This document shows, piece after piece, positions 27,354 to 37,424 of a stretch of 64,000 bases of DNA (positions are counted from its first letter, which is position 1; every line of letters begins with the position of its first letter). Location: assembly GCA_964446735.1 (NCBI GenBank), contig CAYUQB010000001.1, forward strand, positions 380,460 through 444,459. The letters run 5' to 3'. Below the pieces are notes generated by a model, which saw nothing but the letters and a program-made list of their open reading frames with translations, made no database searches and had not been told where the DNA came from. This DNA is from an uncultured Candidatus Saccharibacteria bacterium (GTDB lineage: Bacteria > Patescibacteriota > Minisyncoccia > Phycocordibacterales > Phycocordibacteraceae). The translations under genes were made by a program, and so were the position numbers.

Positions 27354-28757
27354 ATGTTGGATCTAAAAACAATCAATTCGGTTCTCGGTGAGTTCGAAGA
27401 GCGTGGTATCAGCAAGGAAGTGATGGTCGACGCGATTGAAAGCGCGATGGCCACTGCCTACAAGAAGGAGTACGGAAAGCGCGGGCAAGTCATCCGCGGT
27501 AAGCTCGACATGAACACGGGCACCGTTGTCTTTGAGCAGGTGAAAACGGTAGTGGACGATACTATGGTGCGCTTCCCCGAAGAGGGTGAAGTCGTGGAAG
27601 AACTCCCGCATCATCATCCCCACCATGACCGTGAAGAGGAGGTGGCAGAAGGTGAACTTCCCCGCTACGACGCTGAGAAGCACATGCTCATCGATGACGC
27701 ACGTCGTATCAAGCGCGATGCACAGCTCGGCGACGAGATCATCTTTCCGCTTGAGCCCCAGGACGACTTCGGCCGCATCGCAGCACAGACTGCAAAACAA
27801 GTGGTGATCCAGAAAATCCGCGAAGCAGAGAAGCTGTCCATCCTCGACGAGTTCGGTCACAAAAAGGGAGAGATTGTTTCAGGTGTCGTTCAACGCGTTG
27901 AGCGTGGCGCCATCTTCATCGATCTTGGTCGTGCAACCGGCATCATCCCGTATGAGGAGCAGATTCCTGGCGAACGGTATCGTCCCGGTGAGCGTATCCG
28001 TGCCTACCTCTATGCCGTAGATGAAGGGTTCCGTGGGGTATACCTGCGCCTCTCGCGCAGTCATCCGCGATTCCTTATCCGCCTCTTTGAAATGGAGGCT
28101 CCCGAACTCGCTTCAGGTGCGATCGAGGTAAAGGGTATCGCTCGAGAACCAGGCAGCCGCACTAAGATTGCGATTGCTTCGGTTGATCCGCATGTCGACC
28201 CAGTTGGTTCCCTCGTCGGTCAGCGCGGCGTACGCGTTTCAACCGTAATGAGCGAATTGGGTGGTGAGCGCATTGATATTATCGAGTGGAGCGAAGACCA
28301 GACTGCATTCATCAAAGAATCTTTGTCTCCCGCCTCCGTGCTTTCGGTCGACCTGAACGAGGACGACCACCGCGCGACCGTGGCTGTCTCTTCGGATCAA
28401 CAGTCGCTTGCGATCGGTCGAGGTGGGCAGAACGTACGCCTTGCAGCAAAACTCACCGGCTGGAACATTGATATCAACTCAACTGGTGGCGATGAGGTCG
28501 CCGCGGCTCCTGCCGCTGAGGAAGCTGCAGGCGTATCGGACGAGACGATCACTGAAGCAGACAACACCGAAGATCCCGATCCAGCGGTTGCTGCCGGTAT
28601 CGATCCTGTTGAAAGCGAATCGGTTGTCGTAGATGACGATGCTCAGAACAACACACTCCCTGCAGAGGAAGAGAGCACACTCTCAGAGAACGCCTCTATC
28701 GCTGACGCTCAGGAAGCGCGAGACGAGACGTCTGAAACCATCGCAGACAACGCGTAG
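27354..28757 (+). CDS. nusA: transcription factor NusA with a long acidic C-terminal tail
   Basis: FGRIAAQTAKQV, AREPGSRTK, AIGRGGQNVRLAAKLTGW; promoter TTGACG..TATCCT at 27251-27278. Confidence 0.96.
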   Translation: MLDLKTINSVLGEFEERGISKEVMVDAIESAMATAYKKEYGKRGQVIRGKLDMNTGTVVFEQVKTVVDDTMVRFPEEGEVVEELPHHHPHHDREEEVAEGELPRYDAEKHMLIDDARRIKRDAQLGDEIIFPLEPQDDFGRIAAQTAKQVVIQKIREAEKLSILDEFGHKKGEIVSGVVQRVERGAIFIDLGRATGIIPYEEQIPGERYRPGERIRAYLYAVDEGFRGVYLRLSRSHPRFLIRLFEMEAPELASGAIEVKGIAREPGSRTKIAIASVDPHVDPVGSLVGQRGVRVSTVMSELGGERIDIIEWSEDQTAFIKESLSPASVLSVDLNEDDHRATVAVSSDQQSLAIGRGGQNVRLAAKLTGWNIDINSTGGDEVAAAPAAEEAAGVSDETITEADNTEDPDPAVAAGIDPVESESVVVDDDAQNNTLPAEEESTLSENASIADAQEARDETSETIADNA

Positions 28758-28789
28758 TATTAGGAGACATACTCTGATCTAACCTACCC

Positions 28790-29314
28790 ATGAATCTTCT
28801 TCACGACATCCCCGCAGGCTCCGCAGATGAAATTAATGTCATCATCGAGGTGCCAAAAGGTTCTCAGAACAAGTACGAGGTTGATAAAGAAACTGGTCTC
28901 ATCAAGCTCGACCGCGCCAACTACTCCGCTGCTGCATTTCCGTGTGAATACGGATTTGTCCCGCAGACCCTATGGGACGATGGCGACGCACTCGATGTAG
29001 TGGTGCTGGCCACATTTCCTATCCCGTCCGGGGTACTCGTAAAAGTACGACCAGTCGCACTCATGGAAATGATTGATACTGGCGAGAATGACTACAAAGT
29101 CATTGCGGTTCCGGTAAAGGATAAGCGGTGGGAAGATGTGCAGGACTTGGCGGACATCAACAAGCACACGCTCAAAGAAGTCCAGCATTTCTTTGAAACC
29201 TATAAGCAGCTAAAGGGTGGTGAAGCAGTCGTCACTATTAATGGATTCAAAGGCAAAGAGGACGCACGCGCAGCATTCGAACGTGCTCGTCAGTTGTATT
29301 CAGAGAAGAAATAA
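28790..29314 (+). CDS. ppa: inorganic pyrophosphatase (family I)
   Basis: IEVPKGS.NKYE, YGFVPQT..DDGDALD, D.GENDYK. Confidence 0.96.
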   Translation: MNLLHDIPAGSADEINVIIEVPKGSQNKYEVDKETGLIKLDRANYSAAAFPCEYGFVPQTLWDDGDALDVVVLATFPIPSGVLVKVRPVALMEMIDTGENDYKVIAVPVKDKRWEDVQDLADINKHTLKEVQHFFETYKQLKGGEAVVTINGFKGKEDARAAFERARQLYSEKK

Positions 29315-29401
29315 CTCGATCAAGAAATCGCCCCGGTTTATGACCGGGGCGATTTCTTATACACCATTCACCTTTCTCAATTCCATCCTATACTTATATA
29401 T

Positions 29402-29644
29402 ATGGACACAGCATCATCTACTCCATCTGTTGATTCGGGCGCACCGGTAACAAACACTTCCGACGTTGCAGTACCCTTTGTGGCACCAGCTTCCGACGAA
29501 CCGACCCATCGTATGGGTTCAGCAGGCAGTGTGCTTGCGGTTCTGCTCATAGTTTTTCTTTTGGTGGTCGGTGCATTTTATGTGTGGGGCCAGCGAATAT
29601 CGGAACGCAATGCTGAGGAAGTAGTCCCTGCAATCGCGCAGTAG
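29402..29644 (+). CDS. small single-pass membrane protein
   Basis: [24 protein letters not shown]; TATACT 7 nt before the ATG. Confidence 0.7.
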   Translation: MDTASSTPSVDSGAPVTNTSDVAVPFVAPASDEPTHRMGSAGSVLAVLLIVFLLVVGAFYVWGQRISERNAEEVVPAIAQ

Positions 29645-29694
29645 TGCGCTTACACCTTCTTTTTGCTACCATGCGCGCATCTAACGGCTTTCCT

Positions 29695-30303
29695 ATGAAT
29701 ATCAACTCTTCACCACGCGCATCCATGCTTGTCCCGATGGTCATCGAAAAATCGCAGTTCGGTGAGCGCGCATATGACATCTATTCGCGTCTCCTGCGCG
29801 AGCGCATCATTTTCCTTGGTGGACCAGTTGATGACGACACCGCAAATCTCATAATTGCGCAGCTTCTCTTACCCGAAGCAGAGTATCACAAAAAGGACAT
29901 ATTGCTCTACATCAACTCACCCGGTGGCTCGGTGACCGCGGGACTCGCCATCCTCGACACCATGAATCACGTGAAGCCTCCCGTCGCGACAGTGTGCGTC
30001 GGTATGGCGGCCTCTGCGGCAGCAGTAATTCTCTCTGCTGGCGAGAAGGGTAAGCGTTTCGCGCTTCCCAATGCGGAAGTGATGATACATCAGCCATGGG
30101 GTGGTGCGCAGGGCCAGGCGACTGATATTGAGATCACGGCAAAGCACATCATCGCGACCCGTGAACGATTGAACCGCATCCTTGCGAAAAACACTGGCCA
30201 ACCGCTTGAAAAGATCGAGAAGGATGTCGAACGTGACTACTTCATGACTGCTGACGAAGGTAAGAAATACGGTGTCGTCGATCAGGTCTACAAGAGCAAA
30301 TAG
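29695..30303 (+). CDS. clpP: ATP-dependent Clp protease proteolytic subunit
   Basis: [32 protein letters not shown]; start may be 29725. Confidence 0.96.
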   Translation: MNINSSPRASMLVPMVIEKSQFGERAYDIYSRLLRERIIFLGGPVDDDTANLIIAQLLLPEAEYHKKDILLYINSPGGSVTAGLAILDTMNHVKPPVATVCVGMAASAAAVILSAGEKGKRFALPNAEVMIHQPWGGAQGQATDIEITAKHIIATRERLNRILAKNTGQPLEKIEKDVERDYFMTADEGKKYGVVDQVYKSK

Positions 30304-30464
30304 ATCTGCGAAAACCACCCCGGCTGCGTAAAAGGCGGCCGGGGTGGTTTTGTGCTACCCTGCCCTCGTAGCTGATCTTCTGCACGATCGATACGACTGA
30401 ATTCCAGAATTCCTTTGAAAATGAGCCTAATCCGTACGTTCCCTAAGGGACTACGGCATGTGAT

Positions 30465-31994
30465 ATGTCTATAAAACTTATATTGAGCTTGCTCGCCCTT
30501 TCCGGGCTTGCCGGCATCGCGCTGGGGTATGTGCTTCGCCTGCTCATCGCACTGGGGCAGCGTGGCTCTTTGGAGCTTGAGATCAAGCAGCAAATGCTTG
30601 AAGCAAAAGAGCGCGCCTCAAAAATCATTTCGGAGGCAGAAACTCGTGCCCAAATAGTAATCGAGGAGGAGGAAAAACCGCTTCGTGAACGCGAAGAGAC
30701 TCTGAATAAGACAGCTGAACGCCTTGCCAAACGCGAGGAGTTTTTGGATGAACGCGAACGCAACCTTGCGGAGGAGGCGGAGGACGTTCGTAACCGTGAG
30801 AATGAAGCCGCTAATATAAAGCGCGAAGCAGAACGGCTCCGTGAGGAACGTCGACTTGAACTCGTACGACTTGGCGGGCTTTCAGAGCAGGCAGCACGCG
30901 ATGCGCTCATGAAGGATCTTGAAGAGAGTCAGTCGGATGCTCTGCTTGCACGACTGCAGAAGCTCGAAACCCATGGACGTGAGCTCTTGGAAGAGAAGGC
31001 AAACGCTATTCTTCTGACTACCATTCATCGCATGGCAACCAACGTGAATAGCGAGGTGATGACGCTATCAGTGGCTATTCCTTCTGAAGAGATCAAAGGA
31101 AAGATTATCGGTAAGGAAGGCCGTAACATCAAAGCATTCGAGCGTGCTACCGGAGTGGATGTGCTGATCGACGACGCACCCGATAAAATCACCCTCTCTT
31201 CATTTGACCCGCTTCGTCGTCATATTGCGAAGATTGCGCTTGAGCGACTCATTGAGGATGGTCGCATTCAACCCACCAAGATCGAGGAGATCGTGGAGAA
31301 AACTCGTGCCGAAATGAGTGACTTGGTGAAACAAAAGGGTGAGGAGGCGGCATACGAAGTGGGAGTTGTTGGCCTTGATCCACGTCTCGTCACGCTTCTT
31401 GGTCGTCTCTACTTCCGTACGAGCTACGGCCAGAACGTTCTCCAGCACTCAATTGAAATGGCGCACATCGCAAGCATACTCGCCTCTCAATTGGGCGCGG
31501 ATGCGGAAATCGCACGTATAGGGGCTCTCCTTCACGACATTGGTAAGGCGGTGGATCATGAAGTACAGGGCACCCATGTCGAAATCGGACGACGTATTCT
31601 TGAGAAATTTGGTATCGCTAAGCCAGTGATCCAAGCAATGCAGTCACATCATGAAGAGTATCCGTACGAGACCGCGGAATCTATCATCGTGCAGGTGGCA
31701 GATGCTATATCCGCAGGTCGTCCGGGTGCCAGACGCGATACAGTCGAGAGATATCTTGAACGATTAGGAGACCTAGAGCGTATTGCACAGGGGTTTGAAG
31801 GAGTTGAAAAGACGTATGCCATCCAAGCCGGACGTGAAATTCGCATCTTTGTGAATCCAGGCAAGGTATCAGACCTCGCGATGCATAAACTGGCGCGCGA
31901 CATTGCCGAACGAGTGCAGCAGGAACTCAAATATCCTGGCGAAATCAAGGTAAACGTTATTCGAGAAAACCGTGTAGTCGAGTTTGCGCGATAA
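30465..31994 (+). CDS. rny: ribonuclease Y
   Basis: N-terminal TM, coiled coil, KH (KGKIIGKEGRNI) and HD (LLHDIGKA) domains. Confidence 0.96.
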   Translation: MSIKLILSLLALSGLAGIALGYVLRLLIALGQRGSLELEIKQQMLEAKERASKIISEAETRAQIVIEEEEKPLREREETLNKTAERLAKREEFLDERERNLAEEAEDVRNRENEAANIKREAERLREERRLELVRLGGLSEQAARDALMKDLEESQSDALLARLQKLETHGRELLEEKANAILLTTIHRMATNVNSEVMTLSVAIPSEEIKGKIIGKEGRNIKAFERATGVDVLIDDAPDKITLSSFDPLRRHIAKIALERLIEDGRIQPTKIEEIVEKTRAEMSDLVKQKGEEAAYEVGVVGLDPRLVTLLGRLYFRTSYGQNVLQHSIEMAHIASILASQLGADAEIARIGALLHDIGKAVDHEVQGTHVEIGRRILEKFGIAKPVIQAMQSHHEEYPYETAESIIVQVADAISAGRPGARRDTVERYLERLGDLERIAQGFEGVEKTYAIQAGREIRIFVNPGKVSDLAMHKLARDIAERVQQELKYPGEIKVNVIRENRVVEFAR

Positions 31995-32196
31995 AAGCAA
32001 GTAGATAGGCCGCGAAATAAGCAGTCGTATACCGACTGCTTATTTCATATACCAGACCACAAAAGCAGCGTTTGAGCCACTATCCCCAGGTTTTCTGGGC
32101 CCTATTGCACAAAATGGCTCATTTCCTATACTTTTTGACGTAGCCCTTCCATCGGGCTCTGTGCGGCCCGAAAGGGATTAAATCTAACGACCTACC

Positions 32197-32469
32197 ATGA
32201 ACAAAGCAGACATCGTAGCAAAGGTGCAGGAAACCCTCGGTGGTACGAAGGCTGATGCCGATCGCGCTGTCGAGACTGTCATCGATTCCATCACGTCTGG
32301 ACTCAAGTCCGGCGACGAAGTATCGATTGCAGGACTCGGCATCTTCCAGGCAAAGGCACGCCCGGCTCGCACCGGCCGCAACCCGCGCACTGGCGAGACC
32401 ATCAAGATCGCTGCTACCCGCACTCCGAAGTTCCGCGCCGCTAAGGCACTTAAGGACGCGGTCAAGTAA
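32197..32469 (+). CDS. hup: HU family DNA-binding protein
   Basis: MNKADIV..GLGIF..RTGRNPRTGETIKI..PKFRAAKALKDAVK. Confidence 0.96.
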   Translation: MNKADIVAKVQETLGGTKADADRAVETVIDSITSGLKSGDEVSIAGLGIFQAKARPARTGRNPRTGETIKIAATRTPKFRAAKALKDAVK

Positions 32470-32516
32470 GACCTCTCTCCTACGAAACAGCCCCGCATAA
32501 AGCGGGGCTGTTTCGT

Positions 32517-33281
32517 TTATACGAGTGGCCAAAGGTTTTTAAATACTTCTCGTTGATCATGGGCCATGAGCTTGTCATGGATCTCCACTAAGTAGAAAGG
32601 GCGGGTACGAGTGTTGATCATAATGAGATAGTCCCCTACCGCCCACATGGTAGATAGAAAATTGTCCGCTTCACCCCAGAATTTTATGTTGCGCCGCTCA
32701 AGATTCTCATAATTCTTCGCGAACTGGACTTCAACAGGTGCGCGGTTCGATAAAAGCTTGAGATCTATACGCTCGTCCGACTGCTTCCAGTACCAAGCGA
32801 TCCAATCTCCGTAGTGCTCGACGAATGTGTGATCCTGGACTCCCCACCACGTAGGCTCTGAAGCGAGTAGGTTAGCATCCCATACTGGTGTCTGCTGACG
32901 CATGAATGAATCTATCTTCCCTTCCTCAATGAATCGCACGGTCGGGACGGGATAGGAAGATTTCGCAGAGATCTTCGAGAGTTCAGCCGCTAGCTTTAAT
33001 AGCGAGGCTTCGCGTATGGCCATCTGCTTCTTATCCCCTTCAACAAGGCTAAGCACCTGTTCGGCATTCGCTAGTGTAAATGAGCGGGGACGTTTTGTAG
33101 CATCTTCAATAATAAGGCCTTTTTCGATGAGGGAGCGCGCAACGCTGTAGGCTGTGGTTCGTTTCAGGCCAGCCGTTTTGGCTAGAGCTGCAGGAGGCAG
33201 ACTGCCAGCTTTGAGAATGGCCTGGTAGAGAGATAGCTCGCTTTCGTTCAAACCCAACGGCTCAAGCAATTTCGGATCCAT
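32517..33281 (-). CDS. TrmB-like HTH transcriptional regulator
   Basis: LGLNESELSLY..LAKTAGLKRTTAYSVARSLIEKGLI. Confidence 0.82.
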   Translation of the reverse strand: MDPKLLEPLGLNESELSLYQAILKAGSLPPAALAKTAGLKRTTAYSVARSLIEKGLIIEDATKRPRSFTLANAEQVLSLVEGDKKQMAIREASLLKLAAELSKISAKSSYPVPTVRFIEEGKIDSFMRQQTPVWDANLLASEPTWWGVQDHTFVEHYGDWIAWYWKQSDERIDLKLLSNRAPVEVQFAKNYENLERRNIKFWGEADNFLSTMWAVGDYLIMINTRTRPFYLVEIHDKLMAHDQREVFKNLWPLV

Positions 33282-33436
33282 ACCTGTAGCCTATCTGTTG
33301 TCGGAAGTTTGTCAACAAACGTTCGACAATCATTGACGTTATGTAAATTTATGACACACTTCTATCAGAACTCAAGAGAACCTTGAATTCAAAGCACACG
33401 GCGCAAGGCGCCACAGCCCTAAGGAGGCTATGAACT

Positions 33437-33748
33437 ATGCCTACGTTCCAAGCTCGCATGACGTACCGCCATGATCGTTGCGGCGGACGGGGCTGCAATG
33501 ACTGCAGGACCCACGACATCTTCTACGTGCATAAAGGGGTCCTAAAAGGAACTCCTCGTGACACGCTGCAGGGCGCCATGGGAGATATTCTTAGATGCGA
33601 CCCTTACGTGCGCATTCGAGACTATTTCCTCGGAGAAGGTGGCCAGTACATCTGGGAAGGAACCTACTCTAGGATCCTTGTCGAAGAGGTATCGATCCAG
33701 GTTCTTGGATTAGAACTCAGATACGATCCCGGCCCGCACCTTCCGTAG
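33437..33748 (+). CDS. hypothetical protein with a CxxxGCxxC motif
   Basis: TAAGGAGG SD; RCGGRGCNDC. Confidence 0.6.
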   Translation: MPTFQARMTYRHDRCGGRGCNDCRTHDIFYVHKGVLKGTPRDTLQGAMGDILRCDPYVRIRDYFLGEGGQYIWEGTYSRILVEEVSIQVLGLELRYDPGPHLP

Positions 33749-33894
33749 GCATCGGAGCCGGCGTAATCCGGCTTGGCAACAGAAGGTCCGAGTACTCGAA
33801 AGAGGCAGTAGGACCAAAACTAAACTTGAGGTGACATTGGTCGCCTCTCTTATTCAGGCGCTGAATGGTTCGGCGACTGACTGGAGAAGGAGAA

Positions 33895-34044
33895 ATGGAA
33901 ATGTTGCGGCGTATCCAAGAAAAATGGAGCGAACTGCGTTACGTCACGAATTGCTGGCCATGCGCCATCGGCTACGTGTTGATGCATATATTATTCATCG
34001 GCGTGGGCGTGTGGGCAGCCATGAATAGGGAAATGTGTCCCTGA
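33895..34044 (+). CDS. 49-aa small membrane peptide
   Basis: Not in the ORF track. GGAGAAGGAG SD, then MEMLRRIQEKWSELRYVTNCWPCAIGYVLMHILFIGVGVWAAMNREMCP. Confidence 0.55.
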   Translation: MEMLRRIQEKWSELRYVTNCWPCAIGYVLMHILFIGVGVWAAMNREMCP

Positions 34045-34060
34045 CCACAGCAGATGAAAA

Positions 34061-34345
34061 ATGGAGATCCCAATGGACGACAGTTGCATTGATGTTGAAT
34101 TCGGCGACGACGAAATCGGTGAGGTCTGGTGGAGACCGCCGGAACACCTCAGGGGAAAGCTCATGTCGCTTCCGGAGCATGTGCGTGTGACACTCCTGCG
34201 TGTCGTAGGAACTCATATGCAAGCGCAGATGATTCTCTCCATCAATGCCTTGAACCTTGGAGAAGAGGCTGCCGAAGCGCTACAGATGATGACCGACACC
34301 TACCACGAGCTTAATCGCAAACTCCTGGCTCGATACGAAAACTAG
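34061..34345 (+). CDS. hypothetical protein
   Basis: 94-aa ORF in the same orphan run. Confidence 0.55.
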   Translation: MEIPMDDSCIDVEFGDDEIGEVWWRPPEHLRGKLMSLPEHVRVTLLRVVGTHMQAQMILSINALNLGEEAAEALQMMTDTYHELNRKLLARYEN

Positions 34346-34368
34346 TCTCGAGGCCAATCACCGCGCCG

Positions 34369-35529
34369 TTAATCGGCGCGGTCCTTATTTCCAAAATACT
34401 TTTTATCCTTCAGTTTTGTCGGTAGATAGCTTTCAGCATCATATTTCTTGTATCCCTTCCCATAACCAAACTCCTTCATAAGCTTGGTGGGAGCGTTTCG
34501 AATATTCATCGGGACTGGTAGATTTCCAAACTTGCGTACATCTTCCTGCGCTGAACGCAGCGCATCATATGCGGAACGATCTTTGGTCGCGTTAGCCAAA
34601 TAAGCGACACCGTGAGCAAGATTTATGGCACATTCTGGATAGCCAATGGTTTCGCAGGCACGAAATACCTCATTAGCGACTACCAGTGCTGTAGGCTGCG
34701 CTAACCCGATATCCTCAGATGCAAAAATAACCATACGTCTGGCGATGAAAAGCGGATCTTCTCCCGCCTCCACCATACGGGCGAGATAGTACATGGCAGC
34801 ATCTGGCTGGCTGGCTCGCATGCTTTTAATAAAGGCACTGATGGTGTCGTAATGCTCCTCACCTTTCTTGTCGTAGCGCAAATGAGGTGATTCCAGCGCC
34901 TTGTTGAGATTTGCTACCGTTATCCGCTTTCCGTAGAGCGCCATGGCGCCCTCCAGCATGCCAAGTGCTTTTCGAGCGTCACCATTGGCATACCCTAGGA
35001 GCCATGCGAACGCATCTTCAGAAAGCTTCACGCCTGCACGTTCGATAATGGCTCGAAGTGATTCTTCAGAAAGTGGTTCGAGTACAAAAACTCGAGTACG
35101 GGAGAGGAGCGCTGGAATAACTTCAAACGAGGGATTTTCGGTTGTGGCACCAATGAGTGTGAGTTCCCCACTTTCGACATACGGGAGCAGGAAATCTTGT
35201 TGCGACTTATTAAAACGGTGAATTTCATCAAGAAAAAGTACTTTGGGACGAAGCTCGAGCGTCTTAGTTTTTGATTCACCAATAATCTTTCGTATATCTT
35301 CCTTCCCTGCCGAGACTGCTGAGAGCTCGAACAACTCCGCTTCGAGTGCCCGAGCATAGATGCGAGCGATGGTGGTCTTCCCGGTGCCAGGAGGTCCCCA
35401 GAGTATGAATGAGAAAAGGTGCTTCTTTTCAATAGCAACTCGCAGCGGCTTTCCGGGTCCAATAAGGTGCTCTTGTCCCACCACGTCATCCAGATCTTGG
35501 GGTCTGAGGCGGTTGGCTAGCGGCTCCAT
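34369..35529 (-). CDS. rarA: replication-associated recombination protein A (MgsA/RarA)
   Basis: PLANRLRP, WGPPGTGKTT, DEIHRFNKSQQD, ISAFIKSMR, ASEDIGLA. Confidence 0.96.
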   Translation of the reverse strand: MEPLANRLRPQDLDDVVGQEHLIGPGKPLRVAIEKKHLFSFILWGPPGTGKTTIARIYARALEAELFELSAVSAGKEDIRKIIGESKTKTLELRPKVLFLDEIHRFNKSQQDFLLPYVESGELTLIGATTENPSFEVIPALLSRTRVFVLEPLSEESLRAIIERAGVKLSEDAFAWLLGYANGDARKALGMLEGAMALYGKRITVANLNKALESPHLRYDKKGEEHYDTISAFIKSMRASQPDAAMYYLARMVEAGEDPLFIARRMVIFASEDIGLAQPTALVVANEVFRACETIGYPECAINLAHGVAYLANATKDRSAYDALRSAQEDVRKFGNLPVPMNIRNAPTKLMKEFGYGKGYKKYDAESYLPTKLKDKKYFGNKDRAD

Positions 35530-35568
35530 ATCAAAAGCCTACGCTTGCGCCTATGAAAATCAATTAAG

Positions 35569-35639
35569 TGCGGGATAGGAGAATCGAACTCCTGCTCTCA
35601 GTTTGGAAAACTGATGTTCTACCATTAAACTAATCCCGC
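35569..35639 (-). tRNA. tRNA-Gly(TCC), CCA not encoded
   Basis: GCGGGAT acceptor stem, anticodon arm TCAGT-TTTCCAA-ACTGA, TTCGATT T-loop. Confidence 0.95.
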
Positions 35640-35686
35640 GTATCGCGAGGATAGCATAAGAGTCGTATTTACCGTAGCATTCCCCT

Positions 35687-36856
35687 ATGCGCGAGCACTA
35701 TGAGCATTTAGCGGCGGCGGTAGGATTACTTATTCTCGCAGTTCTTGTCTCCTGGTTTCGTACGGAGCCTCTCTTTTTAGACACATCCCCCGCAGGCTCG
35801 ACCGCAGAGCTTACTCCCCTCCCACCAGAGCGTTCCGAGTGGTTTGCGACGAGCACTGGACCTAGTATCAAATTTGCGACCTCAACCTTTGAGGTGCTCT
35901 TCCCTACTCGTCCAGCAACGACCACAAAGCCAACCCCCACAACACCTCCGGTTTCTCCGTCGAAACCAATGCCTAAGCCGGTTGCGACCTCAACACCCAC
36001 CGCTCCTCAAACGGATACTTTAGAACCTGCAGAACTTTCTCGTCTCAGGAACTCCATAGTCAATATTCTCTGTATTTCGCACGTTAAACCGCTACGTTCC
36101 ACTTCCGGTTCCGGTGTCATAGTAGATTCTCGTGGCATCGTTCTTACCGTTGCGCACGTTGCGCAGTCTTTACTACTTGAGCATGAACTGGGAGCGGAGA
36201 AAATATCCTGTACGATCCGCACAGGCAGCCCTGCTGTAAACGCATACACCGCCCGTCCTATATATGTCTCTGAAGACTGGATAAAGGACAATCCAACCAC
36301 ACTCATAAGCTCTCAGCCAACTGGCACGGGCGAACACGACTATGCCTTCTTGGCGATCACGGGCAGCGCCGGGAAAACTATCCCCAGTTCGTTCCCGGCA
36401 GTTGCTCTCGCAACGACTGACGCACGAGGGGGTGATCGAGTCTATATTGGCTCGTACGGTGCCCAGGACCTCACGAGTACACAAGTACGTACAAGCCTTC
36501 GCCCAACCCTTGTTGAGAGTTCGGTAAAGACACGCTACACGTTCAGGAATAACACTCCGGATGTGCTCGCAATCTCTGGTTCCGCTGCATCTCAAAGTGG
36601 CTCATCAGGAGGAGCTGTCGTTAATGCGGATGGTCAACTTATAGGACTGATCACCACGAGCGAGGTGACCGGTGACACAGCCTCCCGAGAAATGCGTGTA
36701 ATCACGCCCAGTTATATACAGCGAAGTTTTAAGGAGGATGCTGGAAAAACCCTTGAAGAATATTTAGGTCCAAATATCAGCACTCTTGTGAACTCCTACG
36801 CTGCTACGGTTGCGAGACTTGGAGATTTTCTAGCCTCGAAGATAGGCCTCAAATAA
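35687..36856 (+). CDS. membrane-anchored trypsin-like serine protease
   Basis: GSGVIV..LTVAHV, HDYAFL and GSSGGAVV catalytic-triad motifs; Pro/Thr linker. Confidence 0.85.
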   Translation: MREHYEHLAAAVGLLILAVLVSWFRTEPLFLDTSPAGSTAELTPLPPERSEWFATSTGPSIKFATSTFEVLFPTRPATTTKPTPTTPPVSPSKPMPKPVATSTPTAPQTDTLEPAELSRLRNSIVNILCISHVKPLRSTSGSGVIVDSRGIVLTVAHVAQSLLLEHELGAEKISCTIRTGSPAVNAYTARPIYVSEDWIKDNPTTLISSQPTGTGEHDYAFLAITGSAGKTIPSSFPAVALATTDARGGDRVYIGSYGAQDLTSTQVRTSLRPTLVESSVKTRYTFRNNTPDVLAISGSAASQSGSSGGAVVNADGQLIGLITTSEVTGDTASREMRVITPSYIQRSFKEDAGKTLEEYLGPNISTLVNSYAATVARLGDFLASKIGLK

Positions 36857-36867
36857 ATCAGAACTAG

Positions 36868-36938
36868 TCGGGCCGCGGAGAATCGAACTCCGTCATCATC
36901 CTCCCAAAGGATGCGTACTACCGGTATACGACGGCCCG
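36868..36938 (-). tRNA. tRNA-Pro(TGG), CCA not encoded
   Basis: CGGGCCG acceptor stem, CATCC-TTTGGGA-GGATG anticodon arm. Confidence 0.94.
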
Positions 36939-37178
36939 TTGTGCTCGAATCCTAGCAGGTTTATACAATTTGGGGCAGTTGGGTATTTTCGAACTTAAAG
37001 GACCTCATGCACTTGATTTTAAATTATCCTTTATTTACTCGATTTTTTAACGACAACCCTTTAATCAAGCCGTTAAGGATATGTCCTTTATCCCCACTGT
37101 TAACACCTTTATCCACCTTTATTCAAGATGTCTCTGTAACCAAATCGCCCCAAATATTGGGGCGATTTGGTATCCAGG

Positions 37179-37249
37179 TGCGGCTAAGGAGAATCGAACT
37201 CCTGTCTCGTCCTTGGCAAGGACGCGTTCTACCACTAAACCATAGCCGC
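37179..37249 (-). tRNA. tRNA-Gly(GCC), CCA not encoded
   Basis: GCGGCTA acceptor stem, CGTCC-TTGCCAA-GGACG anticodon arm. Confidence 0.95.
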
Positions 37250-37290
37250 TTCGGCAGGCATAATAGCACAGCCCTCCCCCGCCCCACTAG

Positions 37291-37362
37291 TGCTCTCGCC
37301 AGGACTCGAACCTGGAACAGCGGTTCCGAAGACCGATGTGATATCCATTTCACCACGAGAGC
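37291..37362 (-). tRNA. tRNA-Arg(TCG), CCA not encoded
   Basis: GCTCTCG acceptor stem, CGGT-CTTCGGA-ACCG anticodon arm, GGTTCGAGTCC T-arm. Confidence 0.93.
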
Positions 37363-37424
37363 TCGTGCATCTCATACTACCTTCCGCCTAGGCGAATGGC
37401 CACTCGCATACTAGTATTTTTCTA

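Noticed and set aside
29860-29900. ClpP segment [13 protein letters not shown] instead of the usual LLFLEAEDPxKDI
   Set aside because: A few clustered base changes in an otherwise canonical gene look like low-quality consensus. It needs read inspection before any biological claim.
33335-33355. TTATGTAAAT resembling a XerD arm of dif
   Set aside because: There is no XerC arm at the correct spacing, it lies in a promoter spacer, and the region appears origin-proximal.
33831-34028. 65-aa ORF from the track
   Set aside because: The overlapping frame 33895-34044 has a strong SD, an ATG and a TM segment, so it is the better call.
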